This document shows, in pieces, positions 52,001 to 62,500 of a stretch of 64,000 nt of DNA (position 1 is the stretch's first letter; each line of letters begins with the position of its first letter). Position numbers and translations under genes: made by a program. This DNA is from Octopus sinensis (Eukaryota): the NCBI RefSeq assembly GCF_006345805.1, contig NC_042997.1:32612001-32676000 (forward strand). The letters are read 5' to 3'. Under the pieces are notes generated by a model, which worked only from the letters and a program-made list of their open reading frames with translations, had not been told where the DNA came from and made no database searches.

Positions 52001-55000
52001 GGACAAATCTCTGAGATTGAAAACATAATGGAATTTGATGGCTGTGGGCAAAAAGTTGGAGGAGACTCTTTGGTGGAGAGTGAGTGCAGCTGTAATTATA
52101 TTTGGTGCGAATTTCTGTACTTGAGGAGCAAAGTTATTGAAAATCAAATGTTGGCTAAGAATGCTACAATAGATGGTATTTAAAGCATCTTGAGAAGGAA
52201 AATTGATGGCAAATACGCAGAAATGTCTCTGAAAGAAGAAAAAAAAAATTTTTAAGCTTTAAGCAAAACAATTCAGAAATATAAAATTAATTATAGAATT
52301 AATAAGGGTCGAGTCATTCAAGGGGGGAGTTGTAAGAGATGAAAGAATATTCCAGGAATTGATAATAGTCATGTGCAAGATATATAAATAAATAAATAAA
52401 CAAAAAATAACATAATCTTTCAAAGAACTGGGTTTGCAATTTGGTTTTGATTCCTGATTCTGTTTTAGTTGACAGAAAACCAACCAAACCATTAATGGGC
52501 CACACTGTATCTTGTCACTAATTGAAAAGACAATTCTCAAGAGGTTCACTCCATCTCACTGCCAGTTTTTGCTACAGAGTGAAAAAAGAACTCACAGCTT
52601 TTCCTAAAATCAAACATGAAATTGAAGACTTTATAAGTTTCTTCAAATTCCTATGAGTAATAAACTTATAACTGTTTTTCTTTTTATTTATGTTGTTATT
52701 GAAAAAAAAATGTATGCATACAGCAACTCTAATTTCTCCTCAGAATTATCAAAAGTGTAAGCGTCAGACCATTTTAGAGAAAGCAACCAGAAAACACTTC
52801 AGTATTCATTCATTGTGGTACAGTCCAATACCGACGTCTCACTACCATGCAACATCATGCTTATGCATATGCTTCATGCAATCAGAACTTTGCTTGTTGA
52901 GAGTAACTCTTTGCTGTTAATAGTAATCTTGCTTTTGTGAATTCTCCACCAGTCTCAAGGATAAGCATCTTGTTGTTCAAACAATTGGATTCCTATTCAT
53001 GGAATCTTTGAGTTGAGAGACAGACAGACAGGCAAACAGTGACAGAGACAGACAGATAAACAGACAGAGACAAATAGAGAGGCAGGTGGGTAGAGGAGCA
53101 TTTAATTGCAGTATGCAATAGGAACACTTTATAATTGATGACTTACTTTTGCAAACAGTTTTGTGTTCTAATTCTGTAGTTGACAAAGACTTCATAAGAA
53201 GGAAAGTTTATCATAATAGAAGCACAGAGACAGACTTTCTGTGCTTTAGATAGCTGTAAAAATTTTCTCTTTCCTGAATGTATCTCAACCAGTTTGGCTG
53301 TCATTCAGAAGAGTTTTAAATTCAATACAACAGTATTCTGGGAGCAGTGGAGGTGCAATGGCCCAGTGGTTAGGGCAGCGGACTCGCGGTCATAGGATCG
53401 CGGTTTCGATTCCCAGACCGGGCGTTGTGAGTGTTTATTGAGCGAAAACACCTAAAAGCTCCACAAGGCTCCGGCAGGGGGTGGTGGCGATCCCTGCTGT
53501 ACTCTTTCACCACAACTTTCTCTTACTTCCTGTTTCTGTTGTACCTGTATTTCAAAGGGCCGGCCTTGTCACTCTGTGTCACGCTGAATATCCCCGAGAA
53601 CTACGTTAAGGGTACATGTGTCAGTGGAGTGCTCAGCCACTTACACGTTAATTTCACGAGCAGGCTGTTCCATTGATTCGGATCAACCGGAACCCTCGTC
53701 ATCGTAACCGACGGAGTGCTTCCACATTCTGGGAGCCAAAGGTGATGAATTAACTAATTTGCTTTAGTAATATTGGAGGAGTTATTGAGTACCGAGGATG
53801 GTAATCTAATGATTCTAAACTGATAACAAACAACAACAAAAGCAATACAAGAGTGGATGAGAGAGGTTATATGAGATTTTTTCAAACTGCAAGAAACAGC
53901 AACCCAAATTGCTTTTACATCACAACCATCTCATAGGTTAAAAAAAATGAAGGACATATCAGATAATGCAATCTTGGATACACCCTGCCTGAAACTAAGT
54001 AGGTTGGTCATGGCTGGGGTGTTTTGGAGATAAGTCTACTGGATCAGAGTTAACCTAGCAATAAACAACAACAATAGTAATGCAGTTTTATCACTGGGGT
54101 ACTGCAGAGTCATCTTAGAAGCATTGTGGGTTCCTGGGCAAATCAATGAACTGAGCCCTAAAGTATCTATTTATTGACAACAGCAAAGTAAAGCATAAAT
54201 AGATCAGAATTGGCCCTAGATGCATGGGCACCAGTGAAGCTTCCCAGTGTGCCCATGCATTAAGGCAACACTGGGCTACAGATATATATTTCTTTACTGC
54301 CCACAAGGGGCTAAACATAGAGGGGACAAACAAGGACTGACAAAGGGATCAAGTCGATTACATCGACCCCAGTGCGAAAGTGGTACTTTATTTATCGACC
54401 CCGAAAAGATGAAAGGCAAAGTCGACCTCGGCGGAATTTGAACTCAGAACGTAATGACAGACGAAATACGGCTATGCATTTCGCCCGGCGTGCTAACGTT
54501 TCTGCCAGCTCGCCGCTACTGATATATTGCATGATTTAAATGATAAGGTCTCACCACTCACCTGTAAACGGGGATCAATTGTAAAACTGCCAGCAGTTGG
54601 GTTCATGCAAGCAACATATTGTGTATTGTGTATGTCTTTGACAGTCAATTTCACGCGATCATACCACTGGTTATGATCTAGATGTTGTCTCATCAGAGTA
54701 TGTGGTTGTACTGTGAAATACTGGTCAACCTAAAGATTGAGAGGTGCAATGAAGAAAAATAACAGTGAGTTTATAATTGAATCTAAAACAAGCAAAGCAC
54801 GGAAAGTTTGTTCTGGCTGTTGAAGAATGAACATAAGATAACATAATGCTGTATTTTCAAATCAACATAATATTTATTAAGGAGGAAAACAATTACTTTT
54901 AAATCTCTGAGCAAGAAGTAGTAAAAGTACTACAGAGTAAAGTCTATTTGCCAATGTAAAGTAGCAGTCCTGATTAGGACGATGTTACTATCTTTTTTAG

Positions 55001-56110
55001 CCCCAGGAAAACATCTTTTCCAGCTGGTTACCAATGCACAACTGCATCCTTATACCTCAAACAAGGGAGATAATGTCCCCACTCAGCCTTAAGGGTACCT
55101 GCGGACCATGGTTTCTGGGTTATTCCTCTTCATCAACACAGGATAACTGTTGGCTAGAGATGGCAGCACTAGGCCTTGTTCGAGGTATATACTTTTAAAG
55201 TGACACACAGTCACTGATCTTGTTAAGAGGAAAATAATTAGTTTTAAATCTCTGAGTGAGAAGTAAGTAGAAACAGTACTACAGAGTAAAATCTATTTGC
55301 CAATTTAAATTGGCAGTCCTGATTAGGACGATACTACTACCTTTTTTTTAGCCCCAGGAAAACATTTTTTCCAGCTGGCTACCAATGCCAGGTACCATTT
55401 AAGGCTGAGTAGGGACATTAGCTTGAGGTATAAGGACACAGTTGTGCATCGGTAGTCAGCTAGAAAAGATGCTTTCCTGAGGCTAAAAAAGGCAGTAACA
55501 TTGTCCTAATCAGGACTGCCAACTTACATTGACAAATAGATTTTACTCTATAATATTTATTACTTTCATTCAACCAGAAAGCTGATAAACACAGCCACAG
55601 AAAAGTGCAATTGAGATGAATCAACAATGATGAACTTACAAAGTGGGTGCTAAAAAGTTTCTGGCTTTAAGGGTATCATGAAAGGTCTGGTTGGAAGCCC
55701 AACCTTCTGAATTCCTTTACAGGGCTTAGAAAAACTAGGTGTGTGAATCTGAGAGGGGAATATGTTGAATAAAATCATAATTAACTGATCCTCCTATATT
55801 TTCTTTTACCCAAAGCCAGGAACTTTTCAGCAACCCCTCAGATGTGTGTGTGTGTGTGTGTGTGTTTGTATTGTGTGCATGTATTGTTTGTTTTTCCCAA
55901 CTGTCTCTGATTGAGTATATGTAAGAAGGAGAAATAGAAAGATGGTAAGTGTGAATGTGAAAGAATTGTCTTTAGCAATATTGACAACAGGCAAAGTCTC
56001 CAACCAAATAGACAATCACTGATAAGTGGTTATAATCATGGTAGTTTATATCAAGACAGCAAAACGCCTAGAATCTTCAATAGGCTTTTTAGCACATAAA
56101 TCCAAAAGAG

Positions 56111-56158
<48 letters not shown>

Positions 56159-56418
56159 AGAGAGAGAGAGAGGGGAGAGAGAGAGAGGGGGAGGGAGAGA
56201 GAGAGAGAGAGAGGGGAGAGAGAGAGAGAGGAGAGAGGGAGAGAGAGAGAGAGAGGGAGAGAGAGAGAGGGAGAGAGAGAGGGAGAGAGAGAGAGAGAGG
56301 GAGAGAGAGAGAGAGAGAGGAGGAGAGAGAGAGAGAGAGAGGGAGAGAGAGAGGAGAGAGGGAGAGAGAGAGAGAAGAGAGGGGAGAGGAGAGAGAGAGA
56401 GAGAGAGGAGAGAGAGGG

Positions 56419-56449
<31 letters not shown>

Positions 56450-56460
56450 GAGGAGAGAGG

Positions 56461-56513
<53 letters not shown>

Positions 56514-59500
56514 AGAGAGAGAGAGAGAGAGAGTCAGGTTTTCGATGTTTGATAGCAATTTCATTAAATGGAATAAATGTTGAAAGACGTGTCTATTTGT
56601 CTGCATAGAGGATTAGCAATGCCAGCTAATGATGATGTTGATGTTGATGATGATGATGGTGGTGGTGGTCGTCATCATTATTATTTAACATCCATTTTCC
56701 ATCCTGGCAGGTTGGATGGCCTGACAGGAGTTGGCAAGGCCTGGTGCTACATCAGGTTCTATAGTCTATTTTGGATTGATTTCTACAGCTGAATGTCCTT
56801 CCTAATGCCAACCACTTTACAGAGTGTACAGGGTGCTTTTTATATGTCACCATCATCCATGCTTTTTATATGTCACCATCATCCATGCTTTTTATATGTC
56901 ACCATCATCCATGCTTTTTATATGTCACCATCATCCATGCTTTTTATATGTCACCATCATCCATGCTTTTTATATGTCACCATCATCCATGCTTTTTATA
57001 TGGCACCATCATCCATGCTTTTATATGGCACCATCATCCATGCTTTTTATATGGCACCATCATCCATGCTTTTTATATGTCACCATCATCCATGCTTTTT
57101 ATATGGCACCATCATCCATGCTTTTTATATGGCACCATCATCCATGCTTTTTATATGTCACCATCATCCATGCTTTTTATATGTCACCATCATCCATGCT
57201 TTTTATATGGCACCATCATCCATGCTTTTTATATGTCACCATCATCCATGCTTTTTATATGTCACCATCATCCATGCTTTTTATATGGCACCATCATCCA
57301 TGCTTTTTATATGTCACCATCATCCATGCTTTTTATATGTCACCATCATCCATGCTTTTATATGTCACCATCATCCATGCTTTTTATATGTCACCATCAT
57401 CCATGCTTTTTATATGTCACCATCATCCATGCTTTTTATATGTCACCATCATCCATGCTTTTTATATGTCACCATCATCCATGCTTTTTATATGGCACCA
57501 TCATCCATGCTTTTTATATGGCACCATCATCCATGCTTTTTATATGTCACCATCATCCATGCTTTTTATATGTCACCATCATCCATGCTTTTTATATGTC
57601 ACCATCATCCATGCTTTTATATGTCACCATCATCCATGCTTTTTATATGTCACCATCATCCATGCTTTTTATATGTCACCATCATCCATGCTTTTTATAT
57701 GTCACCATCATCCATGCTTTTTATATGTCACCATCATCCATGCTTTTTATATGTCACCATCATCCATGCTTTTTATATGTCACCATCATCCATGCTTTTT
57801 ATATGGCACCATCATCCATGCTTTTTATATGTCACCATCATCCATGCTTTTTATATGTCACCATCATCCATGCTTTTTTATGTCACCATCATCCATGCTT
57901 TTTATATGTCACCATCATCCATGCTTTTTATATGTCACCATCATCCATGCTTTTTATATGTCACCATCATCCATGCTTTTTATATGTCACCATCATCCAT
58001 GCTTTTTATATGTCACCATCATCCATGCTTTTTATATGTCACCATCATCCATGCTTTTTATATGTCACCATCATCCATGCTTTTTATATGTCACCATCAT
58101 CATGCTTTTTATATGGCACCATCATCCATGCTTTTTATATGTCACCATCATCCATGCTTTTTATATGGCACCATCATCCATGCTTTTTATATGTCACCAT
58201 CATCCATGCTTTTTATATGTCACCATCATCCATGCTTTTTATATGTCACCATCATCCATGCTTTTTATATGGCACCATCATCCATGCTTTTTATATGTCA
58301 CCATCATCCATGCTTTTTATATGTCACCATCATCCATGCTTTTTATATGTCACCATCATCCATGCTTTTTATATGTCACCATCATCCATCCATGCTTTTT
58401 TATGTCACCATCATCCATGCTTTTATATGTCACCATCATCCATGCTTTTTATATGTCACCATCATCCATGCTTTTTATATGTCACCATCATCCATGCTTT
58501 TTATATGGCACATCATCCATGCTTTTTATATGTCACCATCATCCATGCTTTTTATATGGCACCATCATCCATGCTTTTTATATGGCACCATCATCCATGC
58601 TTTTTATATGTCACCATCATCCATGCTTTTTATATGTCACCATCATCCATGCTTTTTATATGTCACCATCATCCATGCTTTTTATATGTCACCATCATCC
58701 ATGCTTTTTATATGGCACCATCATCCATGCTTTTTATATGGCACCATCATCCATGCTTTTTATATGTCACCATCATCCATGCTTTTTATATGTCACCATC
58801 ATCCATGCTTTTTATATGTCACCATCATCCATGCTTTTTATATGTCACCATCATCCATGCTTTTTATATGGCACCATCATCCATGCTTTTTATATGTCAC
58901 CATCATCCATGCTTTTTATATGGCACCATCATCCATGCTTTTATATGGCACCATCATCCATGCTTTTTATATGTCACCATCATCCATGCTTTTTATATGT
59001 CACCATCATCCATGCTTTTTATATGTCACCATCATCCATGCTTTTTATATGGCACCATCATCCATGCTTTTTATATGTCACCATCATCCATGCTTTTTAT
59101 ATGTCACCATCATCCATGCTTTTTATATGTCACCATCATCCATGCTTTTTATATGGCACCATCATCCATGCTTTTTATATGTCACCATCATCCATGCTTT
59201 TTATATGGCACCATCATCCATGCTTTTTATATGGCACCATCATCCATGCTTTTTATATGGCACCATCATCCATGCTTTTTATATGTCACCATCATCCATG
59301 CTTTTTATATGGCACCATCATCCATGCTTTTTATATGGCACCATCATCCATGCTTTTTATATGTCACCATCATCCATGCTTTTTATATGTCACCATCATC
59401 CATGCTTTTTATATGTCACCATCATCCATGCTTTTTATATGGCACCATCATCCATGCTTTTTATATGTCACCATCATCCATGCTTTTTATATGTCACCAT

Positions 59501-62500
59501 CATCCATGCTTTTTATATGTCACCATCATCCATGCTTTTTATATGGCACCATCATCCATGCTTTTTATATGTCACCATCATCCATGCTTTTTATATGTCA
59601 CCATCATCCATGCTTTTTATATGGCACCATCATCCATGCTTTTTATATGTCACCATCATCCATGCTTTTTATATGTCACCATCATCCATGCTTTTTATAT
59701 GGCACCATCATCCATGCTTTTTATATGGCACCATCATCCATGCTTTTTATATGTCACCATCATCCATGCTTTTTATATGGCACCATCATCCATGCTTTTT
59801 ATATGGCACCATCATCCATGCTTTTTATATGGCACCATCATCCATGCTTTTTATATGTCACCATCATCCATGCTTTTTATATGTCACCATCATCCATGCT
59901 TTTTATATGGCACCATCATCCATGCTTTTTATATGGCACCATCATCCATGCTTTTTATATGTCACCATCATCCATGCTTTTTATATGTCACCATCATCCA
60001 TGCTTTTTATATGTCACCATCATCCATGCTTTTTATATGGCACCATCATCCATGCTTTTTATATGTCACCATCATCCATGCTTTTTATATGGCACCATCA
60101 TCCATGCTTTTTATATGTCACCATCATCCATGCTTTTTATATGTCACCATCATCCATGCTTTTTATATGTCACCATCATCCATGCTTTTTATATGTCACC
60201 ATCATCCATGCTTTTTATATGGCACCATCATCCATGCTTTTATATGTCACCATCATCCATGCTTTTTATATGGCCATCCATCCATGCTTTTTATATGTCA
60301 CCATCATCCTGCTTTTTATATGGCACATCATCCATGCTTTTATATGTCACCATCATCCATGCTTTTTATATGTCACCATCATCCATGCTTTTTATATGGC
60401 ACCATCATCCATGCTTTTTATATGTCACCATCATCCATGCTTTTTATATGTCACCATCATCCATGCTTTTTATATGTCACCATCATCCATGCTTTTTATA
60501 TGGCACCATCATCCATGCTTTTTATATGTCACCATCATCCATGCTTTTTATATGGCACCATCATCCATGCTTTTTATATATGGCACCATCATCCATGCTT
60601 TTTATATGGCACCATCATCCATGCTTTTTATATGTCACCATCATCCATGCTTTTTATATGGCACCATCATCCATGCTTTTTATATGGCACCATCATCCAT
60701 CCATGCTTTTTATATGTCACCATCATCCATGCTTTTTATATGTCACCATCATCCATGCTTTTTATATGTCACCATCATCCATGCTTTTATATGTCACCAT
60801 CATCCATGCTTTTTATATGGCACCATCATCCATGCTTTTTATATGGCACCATCATCCATGCTTTTTATATGTCACCATCATCCATGCTTTTTATATGGCA
60901 CCATCATCCATGCTTTTTATATGGCACCATCATCCATGCTTTTTATATGTCACCATCATCCATGCTTTTTATATGGCACCATCATCCATGCTTTTTATAT
61001 GTCACCATCATCCATGCTTTTTATATGTCACCATCATCCATGCTTTTTATATGTCACCATCATCCATGCTTTTTATATGGCACCATCATCCATCCATGCT
61101 TTTATATGGCACCATCATCCATGCTTTTTATATGTCACCATCATCCATGCTTTTTATATGGCACCATCATCCATGCTTTTTATATGGCACCATCATCCAT
61201 GCTTTTTATATGGCACCATCATCCATGCTTTTTATATGTCACCATCATCCATGCTTTTTATATGGCACCATCATCCATGCTTTTTATATGGCACCATCAT
61301 CCATGCTTTTTATATGTCACCATCATCCATGCTTTTTTATGGCACCATCATCCATGCTTTTTATATGTCACCATCATCCATGCTTTTTATATGTCACCAT
61401 CATCCATGCTTTTTATATGGCACCATCATCCATGCTTTTATATGGCACCATCATCCATGCTTTTTATATGGCACCATCATCCATGCTTTTTATATGGCAC
61501 CATCATCCATGCTTTTTATATGTCACCATCATCCATGCTTTTTATATGGCACCATCATCCATGCTTTTTATATGTCACCATCATCCATGCTTTTTATATG
61601 GCACCATCATCCATGCTTTTTATATGGCACCATCATCCATGCTTTTTATATGGCACCATCATCCATGCTTTTTATATGTCACCATCATCCATGCTTTTTA
61701 TATGGCACCATCATCCATGCTTTTTATATGTCACCATCATCCATGCTTTTTATATGGCACCATCATCCATGCTTTTTTATGGCACCATCATCCATGCTTT
61801 TTATATGGCACCATCATCCATGCTTTTTATATGTCACCATCATCCATGCTTTTTATATGCACCATCATCCATGCTTTTTATATGTCACCATCATCCATGC
61901 TTTTTATATGGCACCATCATCCATGCTTTTTATATGTCACCATCATCCTGCTTTTTATATGGCACCATCATCCATGCTTTTTATATGGCACCATCATCCA
62001 TGCTTTTTATATGTCACCATCATCCATGCTTTTTATATGGCACCATCATCCATGCTTTTTATATGGCACCATCATCATCCATGCTTTTTATATGTCACCA
62101 TCATCCATGCTTTTATATGGCACCATCATCCATGCTTTTTATATGTCACCATCATCCATGCTTTTTATATGTCACCATCATCCATGCTTTTTATATGTCA
62201 CCATCATCCATGCTTTTTATATGGCACCATCATCCATGCTTTTTATATGGCACCATCATCCATGCTTTTTATATGGCACCATCATCCATGCTTTTTATAT
62301 GGCACCATCATCCATGCTTTTTATATGTCACCATCATCCATGCTTTTTATATGTCACCATCATCCATGCTTTTTATATGGCACCATTCCACTTATATGTA
62401 CAGAGATATTGACAGTTTGAGGGGAATGACCAGCTACAAACTCAATATAACTGGACAGATCATTATATGAAATACAGAAAGCATATTTTTATAAAGAAAT

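Noticed and set aside
48331-53420. tRNA genes at the SINE heads
   Set aside because: A and B boxes are present, but acceptor and anticodon stems do not close and each head runs into a repeat body.
56026-56606. ERERE / LSLSL ORFs
   Set aside because: They are translations of the (GA)n tract.
56793-62470. Three ~1,870-aa ORFs as protein-coding genes
   Set aside because: They are translations of a stop-free 26-bp minisatellite, antisense within a dynein intron, with the same peptide in all frames.
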